From the IMG/VR virus record IMGVR_UViG_3300030620_000001: a stretch of 64,000 bases of DNA; one strand, written 5' to 3'. Below the pieces are notes generated by a model, which saw only the letters and a list, made by a program, of their open reading frames with translations, did not search any database and was not told where the DNA came from. Position 1 is the first letter of the stretch. Each line of letters opens with the position of its first letter. The position numbers and the translations under genes are program-made. This document shows, in pieces, positions 18,228 to 26,554 of the stretch. Source of the DNA: a virus.

Positions 18228-18497
18228 CTACGCGACTTTTGCAGTCGGTTGACCGCAATGGCTGCACCTGGAAGCACCCGCCATGAGTAAGCCGCGACAT
18301 TGCTCACAGCGACGCCGATTATCAGGCAGGGCGAAGACTAGCACCCAACCAAAAAGACCGCACAGCAAGCCACAGAGAGCACCCAGAAGCGGTTGGGCGC
18401 GAAACTGAGTTCCCAGGATGGCTCCTACGCCAGAGGTCATCGCAATCCCAAAAATCGCAACAACAACGATCAGTTCCACCTGCTGAAATTCGTCCAT
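18228..18497 (-). CDS. Small membrane protein with C-terminal zinc ribbon (moron)
   Basis: Reverse-oriented between the tape measure and distal tail genes. GGAGG Shine-Dalgarno sequence 7 nt before the ATG. Two hydrophobic helices, then CEQC..(11)..CSHC. Confidence 0.6.
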   Translation of the reverse strand: MDEFQQVELIVVVAIFGIAMTSGVGAILGTQFRAQPLLGALCGLLCGLFGWVLVFALPDNRRRCEQCRGLLMAGASRCSHCGQPTAKVA

Positions 18498-18535
18498 CGC
18501 ACAACCTCCAAAAGTAATTTCCGGGAACCAAATTA

Positions 18536-19270
18536 TTGTACGTCAAACTCGGCAGTTACACCCACCAGCTTAACGAAGTGGGCCTGAGAATCGAGCGGCA
18601 AACGCTGCTGAACGACGCCCAGGTGCCGTGGGGAGTGCTCCACCGCTGGACCCTGGAGGGACTGCTGACCGCCGATTCATTGTCCGCGATTGATGCCGCA
18701 ATTGCAAGCCTGGAAAGCAGTTATGCATCGGACGGAAATGATATTTACCTACTGGACAATAGCCAGAACCAGACCAACACGAAGATCCTCAACAGCAACA
18801 CCATCGGCGGCGTGCGGGTGGTTCAGCCGCCCTCGTATCGGGAATATCTGGGCAGCGAGTACGTGACGCAGCGGGCTTACACGATTGTCGTCGAAGCGAT
18901 TGTCCGCACGTCGATTACCGAGGCAATCATCCTGGCGTGGAGCGAGACACTGAGTTTCCAAGGCGGCGGACCGCGCGAGGTACTCATCGAGACCCGCAAC
19001 GGACCTCCGCAGCGACAAACCGTCAGCCAGCAGACCCCTTACTTTATGACACAAACCGGTCAGGCAGTCGGACTGAACCAGACGATTTATGCCCTGCCGC
19101 TGTTGCCGACGATCGAAGACCGGCCGGCAAGGCGGCTCGATATTGGCGAACCAAAGACCTACGGCTACGGCAGCAGCCGGACACGTCGCGAGTTCCCAGC
19201 AAGCTGGTCGTACCGATTCCAAGATGCAACTGAGATTTCCGCACTCCCAACAGCGCGCCCCGTCGCGTAA
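18536..19270 (+). CDS. Distal tail protein candidate
   Basis: 244 aa, the first gene after the tape measure on the + strand. TTG start, so the start is uncertain. Confidence 0.45.
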   Translation: MYVKLGSYTHQLNEVGLRIERQTLLNDAQVPWGVLHRWTLEGLLTADSLSAIDAAIASLESSYASDGNDIYLLDNSQNQTNTKILNSNTIGGVRVVQPPSYREYLGSEYVTQRAYTIVVEAIVRTSITEAIILAWSETLSFQGGGPREVLIETRNGPPQRQTVSQQTPYFMTQTGQAVGLNQTIYALPLLPTIEDRPARRLDIGEPKTYGYGSSRTRREFPASWSYRFQDATEISALPTARPVA

Positions 19271-19276
19271 TGAAAT

Positions 19277-20893
19277 ATGAGCACACGAACCTGGCGTGGC
19301 TACGCCGTCGCACAAGCCGAAGTCCAGACCTTGACTCCCGCGAATCCGCAAGAGGGCGTGGTCTATACGGCGACCATCAACGGCAAGGACGTGACGTACA
19401 CGGTCACGGCGGCCGATATGGCGGACGGCGCAAGCGACGAGGCAGCGGCTGTCGCCAAAGCGGTGGACGGTCTGGTAGCCGCCTGGAACGCTTCGACCAT
19501 TCCAGAATTCGCGGAGATCACAGCAAGCGACTCGACCACTGCCATGACGCTGACGCACGATACGTCCGGCGTGCCGTTTACGGTCAGCGGCGCTGGAACG
19601 AACGGCATCAGCGCACAAAATGAAGTCCAGACTCTCACAATCACCGGCACACCGACTGGCGGCACATTCACCTTGACCTATGACGGGCAGACGACCAGCA
19701 CGATTGCATACAACGCGGATGCGGCAACTGTCGATGCGGCATTGGAGGCGCTGTCAAACATCGGTGCCGGAGACGTTACTTGTGCCGGCGGCGCGCTGCC
19801 AGGAACTCCGGTGACGATTCAATTCACCAGCGCTCTCGCCCAACTGAATGTGGCGCTCATCACCGCGGACGGGTCCGGGCTAACCGGTGGCTCGTCACCT
19901 GACGCCGCTGTGGCGACCACCACACCCGGTTCTGCGGGCGACCCCACATTAGCCAACGCGACCACGACTTCTGCCACCGGACCCAACCACTTCGACAACG
20001 CGGACAACTGGAGCGGCGGCGCAGTGCCGGTCGACTCCGACGATATCGTGTTTGAGAATTCCGACGTGGATTGCAAGTACGGTCTATCACAAACGAGCGT
20101 TAGCCCGGCGTCGACGACAGTCAAGATGTCCTACACCGGCAAGATTGGTTTGCCGCGGAAAAATTCCAACGGCTATATCGAGTACCGCACGACGTACCTA
20201 ACGATTGGCGACTCCGGCGACGGCGTGACCAACACGGTCGAGATTGGCGAAGGCACGGGGGCCGGCAGCGGGCGCCTCAAGATTTCTACGAACGATTCGC
20301 AAACGATCTTGAACGTACTCAACACCGGTCAAGGCGCAGAGAGCGGGATTCCAGCGCTGCTATGGAAAGGTACGCACGCCTCCAACGTTGCGAACCTGCA
20401 GAAAGGCAGTGTCGGCATCGCGTTCTTTGACGGCGAATCAGCAACCCTGTCGGACCTGAACGTCAACTATGTGACCAACGTCACAGGAGACGTGCAACTC
20501 CGCTGCGGTGATGGCTTGACGTTAACAACCGTCGATATGGCTGGCGGTCAAGTCACATTGGAAAGTGCCGCGACGACCATCAACCAGTACAACGGCGAAT
20601 TGACGCACCGCAGCGGCAACATCACCACGTTGACCATCGACGGCGGCACGTACTTTGAAGAAGCAGCCAACACGACGACAACCTTACTGGTTGGCAGCGA
20701 CGGCGTCTACGATTGCCGCCGGAATCTCAAGTCGCGGACGATTACGAATATCTCGCTGCACGAGCGGTCCGCGTTCCATGACCCGTTCGGCACGGTCACG
20801 GCATCCAACGGCTATGACTTCGTGCGCTGCACGCCCGGAGACGTGACATTCAACGTCAAGCCGCACCAGACCTGGACGCCCACTTCAATTTAA
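19277..20893 (+). CDS. Tail fibre / receptor-binding protein candidate with duplicated EVQTLT modules and beta-helix-like C-terminal part
   Basis: Two ~85-aa modules each start with EVQTLT. A NWSGGAVPVDSDDIVF motif follows, then Gly/Thr/Asn-rich repetitive strands. Confidence 0.55.
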   Translation: MSTRTWRGYAVAQAEVQTLTPANPQEGVVYTATINGKDVTYTVTAADMADGASDEAAAVAKAVDGLVAAWNASTIPEFAEITASDSTTAMTLTHDTSGVPFTVSGAGTNGISAQNEVQTLTITGTPTGGTFTLTYDGQTTSTIAYNADAATVDAALEALSNIGAGDVTCAGGALPGTPVTIQFTSALAQLNVALITADGSGLTGGSSPDAAVATTTPGSAGDPTLANATTTSATGPNHFDNADNWSGGAVPVDSDDIVFENSDVDCKYGLSQTSVSPASTTVKMSYTGKIGLPRKNSNGYIEYRTTYLTIGDSGDGVTNTVEIGEGTGAGSGRLKISTNDSQTILNVLNTGQGAESGIPALLWKGTHASNVANLQKGSVGIAFFDGESATLSDLNVNYVTNVTGDVQLRCGDGLTLTTVDMAGGQVTLESAATTINQYNGELTHRSGNITTLTIDGGTYFEEAANTTTTLLVGSDGVYDCRRNLKSRTITNISLHERSAFHDPFGTVTASNGYDFVRCTPGDVTFNVKPHQTWTPTSI

Positions 20894-20905
20894 CGGAGGT
20901 GAGGC

Positions 20906-22594
20906 GTGGCGGCTCCGCAAGGATTGGTCAGCTTTCCAGGCATCCAGCAGCTCATTGATTGCAGCTACACGCTCGCGCTGGGTATCACTCCGGGCATGGC
21001 GTCAATGACGATTGCTCCCCAAGCGGGACTTATTTCCGACGTCGGTCCACTCGTGTTCAGCTTCGGCGGGGTGATTGTTGCAACGCTGCCGGACTGCAAG
21101 GTCGATTCCGGTTCGCTCCGCTACGACTCCTCCGGCAACCTGGTCCAGCTTCATATTCTCGATCGCCGCTGGAAGTGGGCGTTTCCAACCGTCAATGGCA
21201 AATACAACTTGCGCGACGGCAAGGGCAAGCTGGTTTCCGACCTGGCGAACCCCAACGACGCCGTAAAGCACACGGAGCGCACGCCGCAGGAATTGGCCAC
21301 GTTGCTGCTGGAAGCAATGGGCGAGCAAGGCTTCGACGTGGCGGACTTGCCGAACGACGCTCGACCGATGGTCGATTGGGACGTTGCCAATGCAGCCCAG
21401 GAACTCGACCGCCTCTGCAGCGACCTCGGCTGCCGAGTGGCGCTGCAAATCAACAACAAGGTCAAGCTCGTCAAACTTGGTCAAGGTCAGCCGTTACCAG
21501 CAGGTGGTGTGATTTCGATTGCCGAACAAGTGGACCCGCCGGAAAAGCCCGACCGACTGGAGGTTGGCACTGGGCGCGTTCGCTTCCAACACCATTTCGA
21601 GATTGAAGCTGTGGGCGTCGAGGCGGATGGAACCGTCAAACTGCTGGCGGACCTCTCATACACGCCGCCTGCCGGCTGGGGCGTTGACGTGGACGATATC
21701 GACTTCTGGTTTGTGCCCGACGACGACGACCGCCGCGCCGCCAAGCAGTCTGTTTGGAAGTGGTATCGAATCAAGCTGCCCGTCGATATTCCCGGCTGGG
21801 GGCAGGTCACGGACCCGCGCCAATTAGCGCCGCTGCTGACCGAGCAGGTCGATACCTTCGAGGATGCCAGCGGTGCGCACCCGCACGAAGCCGTCGTCTA
21901 TGGAAAATGGTTCGACACCACTTCGCTGGCTGCCGAGGCGGATAACGTGGTTACGCTCACACCGATGAACAACTTTAGCGCCGACGACAGCCGCATTGTC
22001 AAGCGCGGCTTCTCGATCGACCGCGAGAATCTCATTGTAAAATTCGGTGAACCGGTGGTGTCGGTTGACGCGAACTTTCAGGCGCAGGCGCCGACGCTGC
22101 GGCTACTGACCGCAGTCAACGTCCGCGACCCGCAGCCGGAAGCGAACGGGCAATACGTCCGCTACAAAGCCGGCGTGCAGTTCGGCAACGCACTCGGCAC
22201 GAAACCGCGCATTGAGCGGCGCGACGAAATCCGGCCGTGGTACAAAGGTATTTATGACAACGCCTTCAACGCGCTCAACGTCGAGAACAACATCGTGGAC
22301 GTGGAAGCAGAGATCCAACACAACCTGATTGCCATTGCCCAGGAGTACGAGCAGCATCAGCCGAGCGAGGCGGAATACGCTGGACTCGAAGGCGTGAATC
22401 CGGACGGCGCGCTGCAGTCCATTACGTGGTCAATCACAGCCGCCGGCGCGACCACGCGCGTCCAGCGCAACCAGGACCGCGGCACACCCTACACGCTCAG
22501 TTTCAAGCGACGCAACGAGATTGAGGACCAGAAGAAAGCCAAAGACCTGTTTCGTAAAATTGCCGCCGCGGCGGGATTGGATTTCCTGTTATGA
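20906..22594 (+). CDS. Tail tip / hub protein candidate
   Basis: GTG start with a GGAGG Shine-Dalgarno sequence. 562 aa in the distal tail block. Confidence 0.5.
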   Translation: MAAPQGLVSFPGIQQLIDCSYTLALGITPGMASMTIAPQAGLISDVGPLVFSFGGVIVATLPDCKVDSGSLRYDSSGNLVQLHILDRRWKWAFPTVNGKYNLRDGKGKLVSDLANPNDAVKHTERTPQELATLLLEAMGEQGFDVADLPNDARPMVDWDVANAAQELDRLCSDLGCRVALQINNKVKLVKLGQGQPLPAGGVISIAEQVDPPEKPDRLEVGTGRVRFQHHFEIEAVGVEADGTVKLLADLSYTPPAGWGVDVDDIDFWFVPDDDDRRAAKQSVWKWYRIKLPVDIPGWGQVTDPRQLAPLLTEQVDTFEDASGAHPHEAVVYGKWFDTTSLAAEADNVVTLTPMNNFSADDSRIVKRGFSIDRENLIVKFGEPVVSVDANFQAQAPTLRLLTAVNVRDPQPEANGQYVRYKAGVQFGNALGTKPRIERRDEIRPWYKGIYDNAFNALNVENNIVDVEAEIQHNLIAIAQEYEQHQPSEAEYAGLEGVNPDGALQSITWSITAAGATTRVQRNQDRGTPYTLSFKRRNEIEDQKKAKDLFRKIAAAAGLDFLL

Positions 22595-23796
22595 ACCGAG
22601 ATTCACACACGCACTCGTCACAAATCACCAGCGGACAGGCGGATTCTGCGCAGAATCGTTTGCGATGGATGTCAGTCTACAACAACACGTCGTCTGACAT
22701 TCCACCGTTCGGAGTCTGCCCGGTTTCTAGCGTCGACAACAACGGCGTGTTTCAGATCCAAAGCCCCTCGAATTCGGAGCTGCCGATTCTGCTCCTCAAT
22801 GGACCACTGACCATTGCGGCGAACGCCTACGGCAAGGCAACACGAGAAGGTCCGTGGTGGGCGGCCTACGACGACACTTACACTCCGAGCATTGGTGAGA
22901 TGTGGGGGCCGGGAACCACCGCTGCGCCGTTTCGCGCCCGACCAATGCACTCCGAACAAGGCGCACAGGTTGGCTTGGAAATCGTCGGCGGCACGCTGGG
23001 GAGTGGCAACACGGCGCGCGTCATGGCGATCCCGTGCCGCGTCCCAGACATCATGTTCGGCTATGTATCGAGCACGGATTATGACACCGCCGGCGCACAG
23101 AATTTTGTCAGTGGCATTACAAACGCCAGTGGCGTTATGAACCCGGGCGACGACACCAACTCTGGATGGGTGCGGGGCTACAGTCGCCGCCTGGACGGCG
23201 AGGCGTTTGGACGCTACACGTTCGACACAAGCAACGCCTCCGGTGGCTTGGGCGTGAAAGCGGAAATCATTGCGCCTCTTTCTGTCCGACGAAAGCAGCT
23301 CGGAATTATTGGTCGCAACGGGACGAAGTTCAACTTTTTTCCGCTGGATGGAACCTACGAGAACGTCATCTGCGCTTCCGGAACGAGCATTGACGGCAGT
23401 GGTAACGTCGTGCTCACGACGGATGAGCTTGGCATCAACAACTACTGCGACTGGGCGCAGGTAGAAACTACCGGAACCGGTGGTGTGACGCTGGAAATTG
23501 CAGGTAAATACTTTGTGTCGGCTTTTTTGCAGGCGCAGTTTGCTCCCAGCATGAGCGGCGCGATAAGTTACGCCCTTACGCTCGTAACTGGACAGTCCGC
23601 CACCATGACGATTCCGTATGCAGCCGGCGCGGGCGTATCGACATGGGACGTGGCGGGAAGTCGTTCGATCGACATTAACCGATGGACCAGCGTAGGCAGC
23701 GGAACTACCTTGGGGCTGTCGCTTACGCCATTTTCAGGAGTTACCGGAATCGCGTCTCAACTTTCGATCAATCGTTATCTGTCCGGCAGCCTGTAG
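22591..23796 (+). CDS. Distal tail / host-recognition protein candidate
   Basis: ATGA overlap with the upstream gene. 401 aa, Gly/Ser/Thr-rich. Last gene of the structural block. Confidence 0.5.
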   Translation: MNRDSHTHSSQITSGQADSAQNRLRWMSVYNNTSSDIPPFGVCPVSSVDNNGVFQIQSPSNSELPILLLNGPLTIAANAYGKATREGPWWAAYDDTYTPSIGEMWGPGTTAAPFRARPMHSEQGAQVGLEIVGGTLGSGNTARVMAIPCRVPDIMFGYVSSTDYDTAGAQNFVSGITNASGVMNPGDDTNSGWVRGYSRRLDGEAFGRYTFDTSNASGGLGVKAEIIAPLSVRRKQLGIIGRNGTKFNFFPLDGTYENVICASGTSIDGSGNVVLTTDELGINNYCDWAQVETTGTGGVTLEIAGKYFVSAFLQAQFAPSMSGAISYALTLVTGQSATMTIPYAAGAGVSTWDVAGSRSIDINRWTSVGSGTTLGLSLTPFSGVTGIASQLSINRYLSGSL

Positions 23797-23846
23797 TAGC
23801 TGCGCGCCAGTTGATTCGCACGCGCGGACCCCAATCATATCAGCCG

Positions 23847-23861
23847 TTGACAGTCTGTCAA
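23847..23861. promoter_or_regulatory. Operator-like palindrome TTGACAGTCTGTCAA with promoter-like hexamers on both strands
   Basis: Perfect 7-1-7 palindrome. Plus strand reads TTGACA-16-TACAAT (23869-23874). Minus strand reads TTGACA-16-TATGAT (23839-23834). Confidence 0.5.
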
Positions 23862-23931
23862 TGGCTGTTACAATCCGGTAGTGTCGTCACAGTGAGGGGC
23901 TATTTTTTGACGGCCGCGGGTTGCGGCTGAC

Positions 23932-24174
23932 CTAGACCTTAATCCGACGAATCCGCCGGATGTTCACCTTCGGGATGTGTTCAATATACCGCCACGTCCC
24001 ATCATTGGTGTAGCTGTCCAGCGCAATAGAAACGGTCTCCTCATTCTCGCGAACGAGGAGACCGGCGCTTTGTAGCTCGACTTGTGGCACCAGTTCATCG
24101 CTGGTGCATTCGCCACGCTGGTAAGAGGCATCAAACCATGTTACATAGGCCAGCGTGACTTTACCGTGTCGCAT
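23932..24174 (-). CDS. Hypothetical protein (80 aa)
   Basis: ATG overlaps the stop of the upstream small gene (TAATG). Confidence 0.5.
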   Translation of the reverse strand: MRHGKVTLAYVTWFDASYQRGECTSDELVPQVELQSAGLLVRENEETVSIALDSYTNDGTWRYIEHIPKVNIRRIRRIKV

Positions 24175-24320
24175 TACCGCTTCTGCCCCTTCCCTTTTTC
24201 ACGTTGCGACAATGCCGATCCGGCGGCACTCTTGGAATCCTTGCTGGTCCTGCCGTCCTTGAGGACCTTGGAGGAAGTAGACGCGACTTTCTTACTCGTG
24301 ACTTTCTTTCCGCTTGCCAT
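24174..24320 (-). CDS. Small Lys/Ser-rich protein (48 aa; SAAGSALSQ-type)
   Basis: Internal ATG at 24320 is preceded by AAGGAG (24333-24328) with a 7-nt spacer. The longer track ORF start has no Shine-Dalgarno sequence. Confidence 0.5.
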   Translation of the reverse strand: MASGKKVTSKKVASTSSKVLKDGRTSKDSKSAAGSALSQREKGKGQKR

Positions 24321-24565
24321 GTCATGGCTCCTTAAAAATGAGAAACTAGCTGACATGGACACCATCCGTTGGCTCGGCGGTTGCGATACACACCGAAAAA
24401 CTGATAGCATCCGTACATCACTCGATTGTCGGTACGCGGTCCAAAATGTCAATACGAATTGGCGATTCCTGGATTGCGACGCACTTGCTTTTTGTGATAG
24501 GCTCACCACCGCGATACACACCGTTGGCCGTCGAGTCACTTGCGGACTCGGCGGCCTGTTTTGTT

Positions 24566-24940
24566 CTATGATGCCGCTTGCCCTGTGACCGCCTCAAACA
24601 GGTCGTCGAAACTCCACAGATTGTCGGTTATTTTCGCCATCATGGCAGCCGTAGGACGACGCTGCCCAGACTTACCGGGTTTCCGGGTTCGCCAACAGAA
24701 GTTGTAGTAGGCCGCGAACATGGCGAAAGCCGCTTCCAGGTTCGCCAGCTTCTTGCTGAAGCAGTAGGTCAACCGGTTCAGCCGCTTCATAAAGAGCCGC
24801 TGCGTACCATTCAGCCGCTCGACGTGCGACGTGCATATCGTCCGCCGCTGCTTGCCCTCTATCCCCCGTATGCCCGTCCGCTTCGTTCCGACCATTTCGC
24901 TGGGCGTGTAGATCATGCTGGCGTTGCGGTAGTCCTTCAC
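24566..24940 (-). pseudogene. DDE transposase C-terminal fragment (IS1-like)
   Basis: HVERLNGTQRLFMKRLNRLTYCFSKKLANLEAAFAMFAAYYNFCWRTR...TAAMMAKITDNLWSFDDL matches the ER.N.T.R...FSK...YNF...H tail of IS1-type transposases. The N-terminal catalytic part is absent. Confidence 0.6.
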
Positions 24941-24953
24941 GATGGTGCCAATG

Positions 24954-24981
24954 TTGACAGACTGTCAACCTCTGCTAAAAT
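24954..24981 (+). promoter_or_regulatory. Promoter with operator palindrome TTGACAGACTGTCAA (leaderless-type)
   Basis: TTGACA (24954-24959)-16 nt-TAAAAT (24976-24981). The ATG at 24988 lies 6 nt after the -10 hexamer and has no Shine-Dalgarno sequence. Confidence 0.6.
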
Positions 24982-24987
24982 CCAACC

Positions 24988-25224
24988 ATGCCCCGCAAGC
25001 GAAAACCCGCGACAATCCGCGAGCAATTGGAGCCGCACATTCGCGCCCTCGGCATCCGCGAAACCTCCCGCCGTTCGGGCGTGGCGGTCAGTCACCTCTC
25101 CGCGTGGCTGACCCGCACGGTTCCAACCGTATCGACCCGCCCCCGCAGGCTCTCCGACGCCCAAATTGAAGCGGTTTGCGCTGCCGTCGATATGCTTATC
25201 TCTATACGCGGTAACGGTTTATAA
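24988..25224 (+). CDS. Small HTH DNA-binding regulator (Cro/CI-like role inferred)
   Basis: 78 aa. The segment GIRETSRRSGVAVSHLSAWL is helix-turn-helix-like. It is a paralogue of the C-terminus of 28436..29125. Confidence 0.6.
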   Translation: MPRKRKPATIREQLEPHIRALGIRETSRRSGVAVSHLSAWLTRTVPTVSTRPRRLSDAQIEAVCAAVDMLISIRGNGL

Positions 25225-25233
25225 AAATCTTGA

Positions 25234-25258
25234 AAATCCGTCGAATCTGGGCGGATTT
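25234..25258 (+). terminator. Weak hairpin after regulator gene
   Basis: AAATCCG (25234-25240) pairs with CGGATTT (25252-25258). Only a short T-run follows. Confidence 0.25.
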
Positions 25259-25271
25259 GTGCCGATAATCG

Positions 25272-25300
25272 TTGACAGCCTGCGAACAACTGTGTAGAAT
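25272..25300 (+). promoter_or_regulatory. Early promoter (leaderless-type)
   Basis: TTGACA (25272-25277)-17 nt-TAGAAT (25295-25300). The ATG at 25307 is again 6 nt after the -10 hexamer. It shares the TTGACAG half-site. Confidence 0.6.
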
Positions 25301-25306
25301 CAGGTC

Positions 25307-25879
25307 ATGGCAAGCAACTCAACACGAAAGGATGGGGCGATGACGACCACAGACACGATGCACCCCTTTGAATCAGCCGGACTAGGTAAGGCGCCGTTCC
25401 GGTTCGCGGGACACGAACACCGCGTTGGTCCCATCCTGGCAGACGACGGCGTGACCCAGGTTGGTGCGCCGGGGCAGCCGATGGGAACGTGCGACCACTG
25501 CGGCATGAGCATTGCCGACTGCTACAGCGTGCGATCGGCTGAAGGCAAGCAGTTCATTGTCGGCTCAACATGTGTCGAGAAGCTGTACCGCCACACGAAC
25601 AAGCGATCCAGCGTACTCGCCCGCGACCCGGTATACCGCGAATTCAAGCGCGAGAAAAACCGCATCGCCACAGAGCGGCGGCACGCTCGCGAAGCAGCGC
25701 GCATCGCAGAAGGTCGCGAGTGGGTGGAGTCACACGAAGCCGCGTTGCGTTCCCTGCCGAATCCGCACCGCGAAGGCGAAACCCGCTGGGACCAGTATCA
25801 GTGGTACATGCTCAATGCAGGCAGCAGCGGAAAACTGCACGTCCTGAAGGTGCTCCGCAGATTGCTTGAAACCCCTTAA
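25307..25879 (+). CDS. Hypothetical protein (190 aa)
   Basis: Track ORF. CDHCG ... STC Cys cluster and a basic C-terminal half. Confidence 0.55.
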   Translation: MASNSTRKDGAMTTTDTMHPFESAGLGKAPFRFAGHEHRVGPILADDGVTQVGAPGQPMGTCDHCGMSIADCYSVRSAEGKQFIVGSTCVEKLYRHTNKRSSVLARDPVYREFKREKNRIATERRHAREAARIAEGREWVESHEAALRSLPNPHREGETRWDQYQWYMLNAGSSGKLHVLKVLRRLLETP

Positions 25880-25912
25880 CGCGGCCCAGCCGCCGGACCC
25901 GGACGTGCCGGG
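25877..25912 (+). repeat. 36-nt intergenic double-hairpin element, copy A
   Basis: TAACGCGGCCCAGCCGCCGGACCCGGACGTGCCGGG. Its TAA is the stop codon of 25307..25879. Confidence 0.8.
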
Positions 25913-25943
25913 GAAACTTCATTTCAGACCGAAAGGCAAAACG

Positions 25944-26309
25944 ATGAAACGCAAAGAACTCGAAGCACTGATTGCCCCGCACGCCAACCGAATTGAGACC
26001 ATCATTACCAAGTGCGGCGCGCCGTTTGGCCGCCTGCTCGTGGACGGCTCGCTGAACACGAGCCAGCGGCGAAAAGGATTCGTCGGCCGACTCTATGTGG
26101 TCCTGGGCGACACCGCCCCGGGCTGGCGAGTCAAGGACGACTCCATCGGCCGCAAGAAAATGAAAACGGAAATTCGTGCTTATCTGCAACGGCAAGGCGT
26201 TCCGCTCGCTGTACACGCCCAGGCGTCGTACAGCTCGCTAGAGCAGCAAGGCAGCATGATGGTTCGGCGCGATAACGACGGCAAAGCGATTGGCGTGTAC
26301 GAGGTGTGA
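25944..26309 (+). CDS. Hypothetical protein (121 aa)
   Basis: ATG at 25944 with a GAAAGG Shine-Dalgarno sequence. The track start at 25866 (TTG) would translate the repeat element. Confidence 0.55.
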   Translation: MKRKELEALIAPHANRIETIITKCGAPFGRLLVDGSLNTSQRRKGFVGRLYVVLGDTAPGWRVKDDSIGRKKMKTEIRAYLQRQGVPLAVHAQASYSSLEQQGSMMVRRDNDGKAIGVYEV

Positions 26310-26454
26310 TCCACAATGCGGTGACGTCGTTTACCTGTCGCGGATTGCAGCAGACTTTCCGTGACAACGAGGAACCAGCGGACCACCCCCCGACGCTGGA
26401 CCCAACAAATTCGCAGGCAATGCTCCACGGAGCAACCCAGCGGGGGCTTTTGTC

Positions 26455-26490
26455 TAACGCGGCCCCGCCGCCGGACCCGGACGTACCGGG
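26455..26490 (+). repeat. 36-nt intergenic double-hairpin element, copy B
   Basis: TAACGCGGCCCCGCCGCCGGACCCGGACGTACCGGG. It differs from copy A at two bases, and both fall in predicted loops. Confidence 0.8.
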
Positions 26491-26554
26491 ACAGCGACCA
26501 GCAGCGCTAGACTGCTGGCGGCCCCCACCGAAACCTGGGCACAGGAGAAATGAA

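Noticed and set aside
23881-23895. GTG at the predicted start site of the TTGACA-16-TACAAT promoter, considered as a leaderless gene start
   Set aside because: - The frame is only four codons long (GTG TCG TCA CAG TGA).
- The promoter therefore has no protein-coding target on the + strand.
10000-24000. Myovirus-type contractile tail
   Set aside because: - No sheath-sized gene or baseplate wedge set lies between the connector genes and the tape measure gene.
- The tube, the G/GT frameshift pair and the tape measure gene order fit a non-contractile tail.
26306-26554. N-terminal extension of the 353-aa track ORF, and the TTG 25866 start of the 147-aa ORF
   Set aside because: - Both extensions would translate the conserved 36-nt intergenic element.
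- Proper ATG starts with ribosome-binding sites lie downstream, at 26555 and 25944.
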